From an uncultured Nitrososphaerales archaeon (GTDB taxonomy: Archaea > Thermoproteota > Nitrososphaeria > Nitrososphaerales > Gagatemarchaeaceae): a stretch of DNA of 64,000 nucleotides. Below are positions 20,624 through 29,503 of the stretch, one piece after another (the stretch's first letter is position 1; each line of letters opens with the position of its first letter). Position numbers and translations under genes: made by a program. The stretch lies in NCBI GenBank assembly GCA_963706445.1, contig OY970160.1, positions 480,001-544,000 of the forward strand, in the 5' to 3' direction. Under the pieces are notes generated by a model, which made no database searches, was not told the origin of the DNA, and saw only the letters and a program-made list of their open reading frames with translations.

Positions 20624-21991
20624 ATGAGCAACACTCAGCTCAAAGTTGTCCTTTCACAGGACAAACTACCCACAGACTACTACAACATCCAGCACGACCT
20701 GCCGGAGCCTCTCCCACCTCCCCTCGACCCGCGGACGATGCAGCCAATGGCGCCAGAGCCCCTCCTCCGCCTCTTCGCAAAAGAGTGTGTGATGCAAGAG
20801 GTGTCGACCCAAGAATTCATCCCCATCCCGGAAGAGGTCCGCGAAGCCTATCTCCGCCTCGGTCGCCCCACCCCGCTGTACAGGGCCGCCCGGCTCGAAC
20901 AGAAGCTGAAGACGCCGGCGCGGATCTACTTCAAGCGGGAAGACCTCAACCCCGTGGGGAGCCACAAGCCCAACACCGCCATAGCTCAGGCGTACTACCA
21001 CAAGAAGGAAGGCACCGAGCGGCTGACCACCGAGACCGGAGCCGGCCAGTGGGGGAGCGCGCTCGCCCTCGCGGCGGCGCTCTTTGACATCGACCTTACG
21101 GTCTACATGACCAGGAGCAGCTACGAACAGAAGCCATACAGGCGGACGCTCATGGAGGTGTACGGAGCCAAGGTCCATTCGTCCCCCAGCCGACTGACAA
21201 ACGCAGGCAAGAAGTTCCTCGAGAAGGACCCCAACCACCCGGGGAGCCTCGGCATCGCGATCAGCGAGGCCATCGAAGACTGCGTCACCCACGACAACAC
21301 AAAGTACGCCCTTGGGAGCGTCCTCAACCACGTCCTCATGCACCAGTCGGTCATCGGCCAGGAGGCGAAGCTCCAGATGGAGGAGTTCGACGTCGAGCCT
21401 GACTACCTCGTCGGGTGCATCGGCGGCGGGAGCAACTTCGCAGGGCTGGCCTACCCGTTCATGAGAGACAAGCTGCGCGGCAAGAGCAGCGCGGAATTCG
21501 TGGCGGCCGAGCCGAAGGCCGTCCCGTCGACCACCAGAGGGTCATACAGGTACGACTACGCAGACACCGCAGAGACAACCCCGCTCATCAAGATGCACAC
21601 CGTCGGCCACTCCTACCAGTGCCCTCCGATCCACGCCGGCGGGCTGAGATACCACGGCAAGGCCCCCTCGATGTGCATGCTGATCGACAAGGGGTACATG
21701 CGCAGCGTTGCCTACAACCAGAATGAAGTGATGGAAGCGGGAATCCTCCTCGCCCAGACGGAAGGGATAGTTGCTGCCCCCGAGTCAAACCACGCAGTCA
21801 AAGCTGCCATCGACCTCGCCCTCGAGTGCAAGCGGAACAACGAGCCGAAAACCATTCTCTTCAACCTCAGCGGCCACGGCCTCCTGGACCTGAAGGCCTA
21901 CGAGGACAAGATGGCCGGCAAGCTGGTGGACTACGAACCTGACGCCGCGTTCCTCAACCAGGCGTTAGAGAGCGTCCCCGTAGTGCGTTAG
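20624..21991 (+). CDS. trpB2: TrpB2-type tryptophan synthase beta / PLP enzyme
   Basis: [45 protein letters not shown] and FNLSGHG motifs; no adjacent trpA. Confidence 0.93.
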   Translation: MSNTQLKVVLSQDKLPTDYYNIQHDLPEPLPPPLDPRTMQPMAPEPLLRLFAKECVMQEVSTQEFIPIPEEVREAYLRLGRPTPLYRAARLEQKLKTPARIYFKREDLNPVGSHKPNTAIAQAYYHKKEGTERLTTETGAGQWGSALALAAALFDIDLTVYMTRSSYEQKPYRRTLMEVYGAKVHSSPSRLTNAGKKFLEKDPNHPGSLGIAISEAIEDCVTHDNTKYALGSVLNHVLMHQSVIGQEAKLQMEEFDVEPDYLVGCIGGGSNFAGLAYPFMRDKLRGKSSAEFVAAEPKAVPSTTRGSYRYDYADTAETTPLIKMHTVGHSYQCPPIHAGGLRYHGKAPSMCMLIDKGYMRSVAYNQNEVMEAGILLAQTEGIVAAPESNHAVKAAIDLALECKRNNEPKTILFNLSGHGLLDLKAYEDKMAGKLVDYEPDAAFLNQALESVPVVR

Positions 21992-21993
21992 TG

Positions 21994-22014
21994 CGGCTGC
22001 GACACGCGCAGCCG
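21994..22014. terminator. GC-rich hairpin between convergent genes
   Basis: CGGCTGCG-acacg-CGCAGCCG 8-bp stem directly after the trpB2 stop. Confidence 0.45.
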
Positions 22015-22024
22015 TCCCCCGATC

Positions 22025-23365
22025 TTATCCGTAGGCTCGGGTTATCGTGACGCCGTCGATGATCATCCACGGGCACAGAGTTGGCGTGTCGACCTCCCAC
22101 CACTGAATCCACTCCCTCTTTTTCGAGAGCATCTCGACCGAGGAGAACATCCTCTTCAGGTCGTCCCCGGCCCGCATCCCCTTCAGGGACTTAGTCACCC
22201 TCCCTCCTTCCACAAGGAATGCCCCGTCTCTGGGGACCGTTGAGAACTCCCCGGTCCTGTAGTTCTTGAACCTCGTATACCAGTTGCTCGTCAGGATTAT
22301 TCCCTGCTTCATCTCCTTCACCATCTCATCATAAGATGAGTCCCCGCTCCCGACCTCGAGATTCCATGGATGCGGAGAGACGAAACCCGCGTTCCCCGTG
22401 CTCTTGGTCCTCCACTTCTCTGCGGTAGTCAGATTGTGGAGGTAGCTCCGGAGAACGCCTCCTTTGATTATCTCGTTGGACGCAGTCTTCACCCCTTCAT
22501 CATCGAAGACCCTGCCCCCAAGCCCCCCTTCCACAACGCCGTGGTCGGTCAGGTCAAAGGATTTCGCAGCCACATCCTTGCTAAGCCTGTCTGCTAGGTA
22601 AGATGTCCCTGCGTCAATTGAGAATGCCGACGTCGCGGCGGCCACCGTCTCGATCAAGTTGGACGCCACGGTCGGGCTAAGGAGAACTTTGTATTTCCCA
22701 GCCTCAGGCTCGGAGGCCCCCTTCATCCTCTTCGCCCCCTCGCCTGCTCTTCTGCCTGCCTCTTCCGGGTCGAACCCGGCCAGTGACGAGGAGCATGACA
22801 GCCCGTGACCACTCGCCTCGTTCTCCGTGAAGGAGCGTATGTTGAGTGTTATCGCCGTCCTCGAGTCGCTCCCCTCCACTCCTGCCGTCGTCAGAATGGC
22901 GACCGTCCCTTTGCCGGCGTTGATCACCCCGGCAGACCTCTTCCCCCCAGCCGCCTTCGCCGATTCGATGGCAGTCTTGGCCAGGTCCGGGAGCTCCTCG
23001 TCCAGTGTCTCCAGCTTCTTATCGTGACCGAGCCTGCTCGGGGAGTACTTGGCCGCCTTGCCGGGGAGTGGGACGTACTCCGCCTCAGGGAGCCCCTTTA
23101 TCGACCCGAACAGGTCCCCGACGAACTTCTTGACCGCGGACGCTTCGAGGTTGGAGGTCGACGCGATGGCACGCCTCCTTTCCTTCGCGAGGTACACCGT
23201 AAGCTCCGCCTCCTCGACCCTGCTGACCACCGAAACCGAGTTGTTCGCGAACCTGATCATACTGTCTCCGCCCTTCGCGCTGAGGGCGACCGCATCGTCG
23301 ACCCCGAGGCGCTTCGCGGCCGCTATCGCCGTCTCGTTGAGCTTGCCAAGGTCCACTCTGGTCAC
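22025..23365 (-). CDS. pmbA: TldE/PmbA family protein
   Basis: IRFANN, FDDEG and WYTRF motifs; overlaps tldD. Confidence 0.88.
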   Translation of the reverse strand: MTRVDLGKLNETAIAAAKRLGVDDAVALSAKGGDSMIRFANNSVSVVSRVEEAELTVYLAKERRRAIASTSNLEASAVKKFVGDLFGSIKGLPEAEYVPLPGKAAKYSPSRLGHDKKLETLDEELPDLAKTAIESAKAAGGKRSAGVINAGKGTVAILTTAGVEGSDSRTAITLNIRSFTENEASGHGLSCSSSLAGFDPEEAGRRAGEGAKRMKGASEPEAGKYKVLLSPTVASNLIETVAAATSAFSIDAGTSYLADRLSKDVAAKSFDLTDHGVVEGGLGGRVFDDEGVKTASNEIIKGGVLRSYLHNLTTAEKWRTKSTGNAGFVSPHPWNLEVGSGDSSYDEMVKEMKQGIILTSNWYTRFKNYRTGEFSTVPRDGAFLVEGGRVTKSLKGMRAGDDLKRMFSSVEMLSKKREWIQWWEVDTPTLCPWMIIDGVTITRAYG

Positions 23366-24801
23366 CTCGAACCCAGTCTGATTCCCGCCAGTAGAGTCTC
23401 AGGCCCCCCAGTCCAGACCGGCGCCCCCTGCATCGGGTCTCCCTTGCCACAGGTCGCGGACTCGAACTCCATGTGCTTGCTACGCCCCTTCACGCTCCCC
23501 CAGAGCTTGGGCGTCGTAATCTCAAGGACTGGGGATCGCACCAGCCCTTTGAGCTCCCCCTGCTCTATCAAGTAAGCCTCCAAAGCCACGTACCTCTGGT
23601 TCAGCCTCTTGTCGTCTATGTTCCATTCTGTGAAAGTCTTGAAGAAGATTCCGTGTTTGACCTCTTTCATCAACTCGTCAGTCTGATAGTCTCCCGGTTC
23701 GACGAAAGTGTTCGACATCCTGATTATGGGCTCGCGGTCGAAGGAGACGCTCCTGGCGGCCCCATTGCTCTTCAACCCGAATTCCTTCGCTGTGGTCCTG
23801 TTCTGCAGGAACTCATTGATTATCCCTCCCTTGATCAGGAGGCGCTTCTTCCCCTCGACCCCCTCGTCGTCGACTGGGACGAACCCGTTCGAATGGAGGA
23901 GGTTCGGGTCGTCGCTCACGTTGGCCTCGGCGCTCCCGATCTTCATTCCTAGGCTGTCGGACTTCAGATACGATTCCCCCGCCTGGGCTCCCTCCCTGCC
24001 CAGCACCCTGTCTGCCTCCTGAGGATGTCCCACCGACTCGTGGGCCGCGATGCCCGAAAGCTCAGGGCTGAGTACTACGTCTATGGTCCCCGTCGGGGGC
24101 TTTGCGGAGGCCCTGAGCACCTTCCCCATCACCCTCGCTTCGTCTTCGACTCGGTCGACGAGCCCGATCCGCTTCACTACCTCAAGGCCACCCGTTTCTC
24201 CCTGCTGGATGAACCTCTGCGCCGTGTCCCCTCCCTCCATGGCGGTGAGCGAACCAAAAAACCCAACCCGAGGGAGCCTTCCCTCTACCCTTGCCCCGTC
24301 ACTGTTCACGTAATACCTCTCCTCAAGCTCGGCCCCGAGATAGAGCAACCTCCCGGGGAGCTTCACTCCTGCCTTCCCGCCTGCGATCCTTCCCTCGATC
24401 TCCAAGAGCACACCTCTGAGCCAGGCTGAATCTGCGTTCTCGACCTTCCTCGTCTCCGGCGGCGCCCACTTCCTCCGAGAGGGCTTCGAATCGTCCAGCT
24501 CGACGGGCTTGGTGAGGACCCCCGCCGATGCCCTCGCGAGTCTTACCGCCTTGCCCGCCAATTCAATGACAGATGTCCTCTTCATGTCGTTGGTTGCTGC
24601 GAACCCCAGCGCCCCTCTGGAGATCACTCTGATGCCAATCCCGAATCCTTCGGAGAAATAAGACGGCTGAGACTCCCCGTTCTTGAGAACGAATTGCCTT
24701 TCCCAGGTGCTCTGCACCCTGGCTTCAGCATAGGACGCCCCCGCGGAGCGAGCCTTGGAGACTGCAGCTTCAGCCAGGTCCTTGGTGGCTTCCCTCGCCA
24801 T
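23362..24801 (-). CDS. tldD: TldD metalloprotease
   Basis: HESVGHPQEAD zinc motif, DDEGV, RMSNT and CGKG.P.Q. Confidence 0.92.
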   Translation of the reverse strand: MAREATKDLAEAAVSKARSAGASYAEARVQSTWERQFVLKNGESQPSYFSEGFGIGIRVISRGALGFAATNDMKRTSVIELAGKAVRLARASAGVLTKPVELDDSKPSRRKWAPPETRKVENADSAWLRGVLLEIEGRIAGGKAGVKLPGRLLYLGAELEERYYVNSDGARVEGRLPRVGFFGSLTAMEGGDTAQRFIQQGETGGLEVVKRIGLVDRVEDEARVMGKVLRASAKPPTGTIDVVLSPELSGIAAHESVGHPQEADRVLGREGAQAGESYLKSDSLGMKIGSAEANVSDDPNLLHSNGFVPVDDEGVEGKKRLLIKGGIINEFLQNRTTAKEFGLKSNGAARSVSFDREPIIRMSNTFVEPGDYQTDELMKEVKHGIFFKTFTEWNIDDKRLNQRYVALEAYLIEQGELKGLVRSPVLEITTPKLWGSVKGRSKHMEFESATCGKGDPMQGAPVWTGGPETLLAGIRLGSR

Positions 24802-24854
24802 CGGTCTCGACCCAGATGGACGATATTTCTACGTTATTGGTGTATAGACTTCCC

Positions 24855-26222
24855 TCAGGAGGGCAGGGGGATGGGTTTCCCCTTCACCGGGACCGTCGGG
24901 CTCGATTCTCCTTTCACGAAATCCATGAAGAGCTCAGGGTGCTCAGTGTGGATGGGTACGACCTTCTTTGCCGCTATCCCCTTTACAAGAAACCTGACTT
25001 CCGGACCTGGGGCGTGCCCTGACGCGTGGATCTGCGAATAGCTGAACCCGACATGGTCGACCCAGTTGCGTATCAGTGCCTCCTCCCTCTCCCCTTCTTC
25101 GTTGAAAGCCTCCGTCGCCGCGTGGATGTACGTCCCTCCTCTTTGGGGTCTGATGTCGATAAGCTCTGGGAAATTGAGTGCTTCTAAGTGTAGGAACGTC
25201 ATCTTCTGCTTTTCTCTGACATCTTTGGCGTTCATTCCGTATTGTAGGAAGGGCCTCTCCCACTTGTAGTAGTCGGAGTCGTCGAACTTGCCTGTCTTCT
25301 TCCTCCTGACGTAAACGTCGACGTCCTTCCCAACCCTGGGGACTTTCAGCTTCTTGTCCGACTTCAATTTCTCGAGCAGGATTGCTATCCTCATCGAGAC
25401 GACCAGCCTCCGGTCCGACTCGAGGCACGCATCATAGAACGTATTGACCCTGTCGACGTCGTTCCCCCTGAACGTCGAGAATACAAGCGCCTTCGACCTC
25501 TTGACCAGCTTCGAAGCTTCGTCTTGGACGTCCTTCTCGCTCATGTTTCCCGTCGCGTCTATTCCGGGAGCTACCCTGGTCCCTTCGCTCAGCAGCAGTC
25601 GTGGCCTCTCGTTCTTCGCCGCCGCCATGAAATCATTGGTCATCGAGCCGACCCGCCCGTGGAAGCGGAAGTCCCCGGTGTAAGCCATGGCCCCTCCGCT
25701 CGTGTGGATGACGAAGCCGTAGGCCCCAGGGATCGAATGGTCCACGTGCACCGGGAGGAACTCTAGAGGTCCAATGCGGAACTTGTCCCCGGTCCTGAAC
25801 CTCCTAAGGGGATGGTCGTCCAGGGGAGAGCCCGTCGAGTCGCTGTAGGCCTCGTGTATGAGCGCCGTCGTCTCGCCGCAGTAGACGGGGATCTTGGGGT
25901 CGACCAGCCCGATCCTCCCCGTGTGGTCGTAGTGGTAGTGAGAGAGGACGACCGCGTCGACCTCCGGCTCCACGTACTTCAGCGGGGTGTTCTGCAGCGC
26001 CTTCTCGGAATAGAGGCCAGGCATCTCAGGGAGGAGCCCGAACTCGAAGAGGTCACCGGCCCCGTTTACACCCCTTGGCTCTATGCTCGAATCGAAGTAG
26101 TCGGCACCGTCTGAAAAGCCAGTCCCGAAGTCAAGAAGCACCTTCGCTCCCTTGTCCTCTAGGAGGAACTTGTTCCCCCCTATCTCGCCGACTCCGCCGT
26201 AGCAGGTCACCCTGGGCGGCAA
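24855..26222 (-). CDS. MBL/beta-CASP ribonuclease (RNase J-like)
   Basis: GGVGEIGGN, SHYHYDH, DHSIPGA, YTGDFRFHG, HASGH and PIHTE motifs. Confidence 0.85.
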   Translation of the reverse strand: MPPRVTCYGGVGEIGGNKFLLEDKGAKVLLDFGTGFSDGADYFDSSIEPRGVNGAGDLFEFGLLPEMPGLYSEKALQNTPLKYVEPEVDAVVLSHYHYDHTGRIGLVDPKIPVYCGETTALIHEAYSDSTGSPLDDHPLRRFRTGDKFRIGPLEFLPVHVDHSIPGAYGFVIHTSGGAMAYTGDFRFHGRVGSMTNDFMAAAKNERPRLLLSEGTRVAPGIDATGNMSEKDVQDEASKLVKRSKALVFSTFRGNDVDRVNTFYDACLESDRRLVVSMRIAILLEKLKSDKKLKVPRVGKDVDVYVRRKKTGKFDDSDYYKWERPFLQYGMNAKDVREKQKMTFLHLEALNFPELIDIRPQRGGTYIHAATEAFNEEGEREEALIRNWVDHVGFSYSQIHASGHAPGPEVRFLVKGIAAKKVVPIHTEHPELFMDFVKGESSPTVPVKGKPIPLPS

Positions 26223-26313
26223 CCCGTTTCCGTGACCTCACACTCTACTTAACGATTCCAAAGTCTGAACTCCGACAACGGATAAATACGAACTTTGGTC
26301 AACGCGCGGCACG

Positions 26314-26442
26314 TTGTTTCCTCACCTGCCGGTGCTTCAGGCGGGGGGTTCCGACACTTTCACCGCAGTAGCCATCCTCGTGATCGCCCTGGGGTTCGTC
26401 GGGCTCGCGATTCTGATCCTATTCTCAAAGAAGAAGATCTAG
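26314..26442 (+). CDS. Unannotated 42-aa single-pass membrane peptide (MFPHLPVLQAGGSDTFTAVAILVIALGFVGLAILILFSKKKI)
   Basis: TTG..TAG ORF about 25 nt after ATAAATA; TM helix plus KKK; ends 6 nt before the HAD gene. Confidence 0.65.
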   Translation: MFPHLPVLQAGGSDTFTAVAILVIALGFVGLAILILFSKKKI

Positions 26443-26448
26443 CCGGCC

Positions 26449-27114
26449 ATGGTCGTCGCTGCCATCTTCGACCTAGACGGCACCCTTGTGACCTTCAAAT
26501 TCGACGTCCAGGGAACGAGGCGAGCAATTATTCGTCTGTTCGAATCCCAAGCCGTCGACACCGCAGGACTGGGTCTGAACACTCCGACCCAGGAGATGCT
26601 CGACACAGCGAAGGCGAGGTTGCAGCCCGGGGACCAGGGGGCCTACGCCGCCCTCAGGGCGAAGGTCTTCTCGATCCTCGACGACTTTGAGGAGCAGAGC
26701 GTCCCTTCTACTTCGGTGCTCCCCAGGACGCGAGAGATCCTCGTGGGGCTCAAGGCGACTGGGGTCCGCATCGCGGTCCTGACGAACGGCGGTCGGAGGT
26801 CTGCCATCCAATCGTTGGGACGAGCTGGCCTGGAGGACCTGTTCGAGTTCGTCCTCACCCGCAACGAGACTGAAGTAATGAAGCCCAGACCAGAGGGGGT
26901 GGTGATGGCGGTCGAGAGGCTCTCCGTGCCGAGGGAGTCTGTCTACTACGTCGGCGACAGCCCGTTTGATATCATGGCGGCCAGGGGGGCCGGTGTGAAG
27001 ATCGTTTCGGTGGCCACCGGGAACTACTCGGCCGACCGGCTGAAGGCCGACGGGGCAGACTTCGTGATCCACGGCCTTTCAGAATTGGAGAATGTCCTGG
27101 AGGCGGGGCGTTGA
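26449..27114 (+). CDS. HAD-family phosphatase (phosphoglycolate phosphatase-like)
   Basis: FDLDGTL, KPRPEG and VGDSPFD motifs. Confidence 0.9.
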   Translation: MVVAAIFDLDGTLVTFKFDVQGTRRAIIRLFESQAVDTAGLGLNTPTQEMLDTAKARLQPGDQGAYAALRAKVFSILDDFEEQSVPSTSVLPRTREILVGLKATGVRIAVLTNGGRRSAIQSLGRAGLEDLFEFVLTRNETEVMKPRPEGVVMAVERLSVPRESVYYVGDSPFDIMAARGAGVKIVSVATGNYSADRLKADGADFVIHGLSELENVLEAGR

Positions 27115-29132
27115 CGCCGGCGGAGCTGACTCCCAGAGAGACCGGAGTACTGAAGTCAATATGCGACGCCCTGTTCCCACCGATTCAGGATGGTTCAGAG
27201 TTCTACCGCCGGAGCGGCTCCGACCTCGGTGTGCACGCGATGCTCGCCGACGCAATTGTCAACTCCCTCCAGCCGGCGAACGCCAGAGACTTCCGCAGGA
27301 TCCTGGCGGTCTTCGAAAGCCCACTTTACAATCTCGCACTATCCGGCAGACCAGTCAGTTTCAGTTCCCTGCGCCCTTCCGAGAGGGAGAGGTACCTTCA
27401 GGCCTGGCGCGACAGCCCGATCGCCCTGAAGCGGACCGCCTTCCAGGCCCTCAAGAGGCTCGTGCTCTTCCTTGCGTACGCGTCGATAGGCCCAGAAGGA
27501 AAGAATCCCAACTGGGAAGCCATCGGGTATCCCGGCCCTCACAGCCGGCCCCCCATCCCCATCCCTGAAGCCACTCGGCTGAGGCCTCTGACCTTTGACG
27601 CTGACACGAAGACGAGCTGCGACGTCGTGGTCGTCGGGCCTGGGGCCGGAGGGAGCGTCATCGCTGATGAGCTGGCGCGCGCCGGCTACAAGGTCTTGGT
27701 CCTCGAAGCCGGCCCCTACGAGACTTCGGAGACCTTCAAGCAGAATGAGATGAGGATGATGCAGAAGCTCTTCCAGCAGAGTGGGACCGCGGCCACGAAA
27801 GACCTCTCGTTCGTCTTGCTCGCTGGAAGGGGTGCGGGGGGAGGGACCACGGTGAACTGGAACACCTGTCTGAAGCCGCCTGCAAGGATTCTCACTGAGT
27901 GGCAGGCCGAGTACGGCATCGAAGGAGTCGCGGGTCAGGTCTTCGACGGATACCTCGCAGAAGTCTGGGAAAAGATGGAGGTGAACTCCTTGGAGAGCCA
28001 GAGAAACGGCAACAACGGAGTCCTCTGGGACGGGTGTAAGAGTCTAGGTTACAAGGAAGGCACCGACTACCACACCATCGAAAGGAACGCGGTCGGATGC
28101 GAGCAGAGGTGTGACTACTGCACCTACGGCTGCATCTACGCTGCGAAAAGGTCGACAGCCATGAACTACCTTCCCTCTGCCCAGAGCAACGGCGCGGCCT
28201 TCGTCTTCGACGCGAGGGTGGAGCAGGTCTTGATCGAAAAAGGGGTCGCCAGGGGGGTGGTGGCAGCCTGCCGTTCCGGTGCCAGGAATGTTAGATTGGA
28301 AGTGTCCGCACGGGTGGTCGTCGTCGCCGCAGGGGGGATCGAGACCCCGGCGCTCATCCTAAGATCAGGGGTGGACGACAAGAACGTCGGAAACTTCCTC
28401 CGCCTGGACCCCACCGTGGCCGTCGGGGGCATATTCGAGAAGCCCATCAACCCCTGGCAGGGGCCCCCGCAGACCGTCGCAGTCTGGAAATTCATCGACC
28501 TGGACGGGAGCTACCACGGCTTCTGGATCGAGGCGGCCCCTGCCCACCCGGGCCTCTTCGCCCTCTCCATCCCCTGGGTCAGCGGGAGGCAACACAAGGA
28601 CTTCATGAAAGAATACTACTCCCGTTCATCTGCCTCCATCGTACTCCTTCGTGAAAGGAGCTATGGAAGGGTCTCCGTCGACAAGGACGGATACCCCTCA
28701 GTGACCTATGACCTCAACTCCGTGGACAGGAGCACCCTGGTCAGGGGGATGGAGGAGACCGCCAAGATACTCGCCGCCGCGGGGGCCACGGGGGTCTGGA
28801 CGACCCACAACGATCAGGTCTTCGCCGGGGATGGAAAGTCAAGGATCGGATCCACAGAGCTCGACGCCTTCTCCGCTACGCTCCGGGCCAAGGGTGTCAA
28901 TTACAACCGGGTGATGCTCTACAGCGCCCACCTGATGGGGTCCTGCAGGATGAGCTCAGACCCACGGACGGGCCCTACGGCGCCGACGGGGGAGCTCCAC
29001 TCCGTCAAGAACCTGTACGTGGGGGACGCTTGTGTCTTTCCCACCACTCCGGCCGTCAATCCGATGATCACCATCATGGCCATGTCGAGGAGGACGGCAG
29101 AATCCATAAAGGCCTCCCTTGCTGGCCACTGA
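27111..29132 (+). CDS. GMC oxidoreductase, long-chain fatty alcohol oxidase-like
   Basis: FAO-type N-terminal domain (WEAIGYPG), GPGAGG, GGGTTVNW, C..CDYCTYGC and SAHLMGSCRM. Confidence 0.85.
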   Translation: MTPAELTPRETGVLKSICDALFPPIQDGSEFYRRSGSDLGVHAMLADAIVNSLQPANARDFRRILAVFESPLYNLALSGRPVSFSSLRPSERERYLQAWRDSPIALKRTAFQALKRLVLFLAYASIGPEGKNPNWEAIGYPGPHSRPPIPIPEATRLRPLTFDADTKTSCDVVVVGPGAGGSVIADELARAGYKVLVLEAGPYETSETFKQNEMRMMQKLFQQSGTAATKDLSFVLLAGRGAGGGTTVNWNTCLKPPARILTEWQAEYGIEGVAGQVFDGYLAEVWEKMEVNSLESQRNGNNGVLWDGCKSLGYKEGTDYHTIERNAVGCEQRCDYCTYGCIYAAKRSTAMNYLPSAQSNGAAFVFDARVEQVLIEKGVARGVVAACRSGARNVRLEVSARVVVVAAGGIETPALILRSGVDDKNVGNFLRLDPTVAVGGIFEKPINPWQGPPQTVAVWKFIDLDGSYHGFWIEAAPAHPGLFALSIPWVSGRQHKDFMKEYYSRSSASIVLLRERSYGRVSVDKDGYPSVTYDLNSVDRSTLVRGMEETAKILAAAGATGVWTTHNDQVFAGDGKSRIGSTELDAFSATLRAKGVNYNRVMLYSAHLMGSCRMSSDPRTGPTAPTGELHSVKNLYVGDACVFPTTPAVNPMITIMAMSRRTAESIKASLAGH

Positions 29133-29141
29133 CTGTCCTTC

Positions 29142-29501
29142 ATGAGCTCAAAGAATAATCGTCCGCCGTTCTATATCGTCGGCCTCCCTGAGGAGGCCAT
29201 CGAGGCCGGAGAAGCGCAGATGAAGTTCGAGAAACTCTCCGCCGAGCTGAGCAAGGTCTATCCCTCCATCGAAGAGATCAGGGCGGTGGTGAAGTCGAGG
29301 AAGCCAGGCAAGACCCACGCGAGATATGAGGTCTCCGTCGAAATCTACACGCCGAAGGAAAGGCACGCTTTCTCAGGGAACGGGTACAACATAGCTGAGG
29401 TTTTCGACTCCTTGGGCCCGAAGATGAAGAGGCTCCTTTCATCAAGGCAGTCGAAGGTGACCTCGACCCACGGCGACTCTCGTCGAAAGACCGCTGAATA
29501 A
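29142..29501 (+). CDS. Putative HPF/RaiA-fold ribosome hibernation protein
   Basis: beta-alpha-beta3-alpha pattern (KFEKL, RYEVSVEI, YNIAEVFDSL..KMKR) and basic tail. Confidence 0.5.
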   Translation: MSSKNNRPPFYIVGLPEEAIEAGEAQMKFEKLSAELSKVYPSIEEIRAVVKSRKPGKTHARYEVSVEIYTPKERHAFSGNGYNIAEVFDSLGPKMKRLLSSRQSKVTSTHGDSRRKTAE

Positions 29502-29503
29502 CT

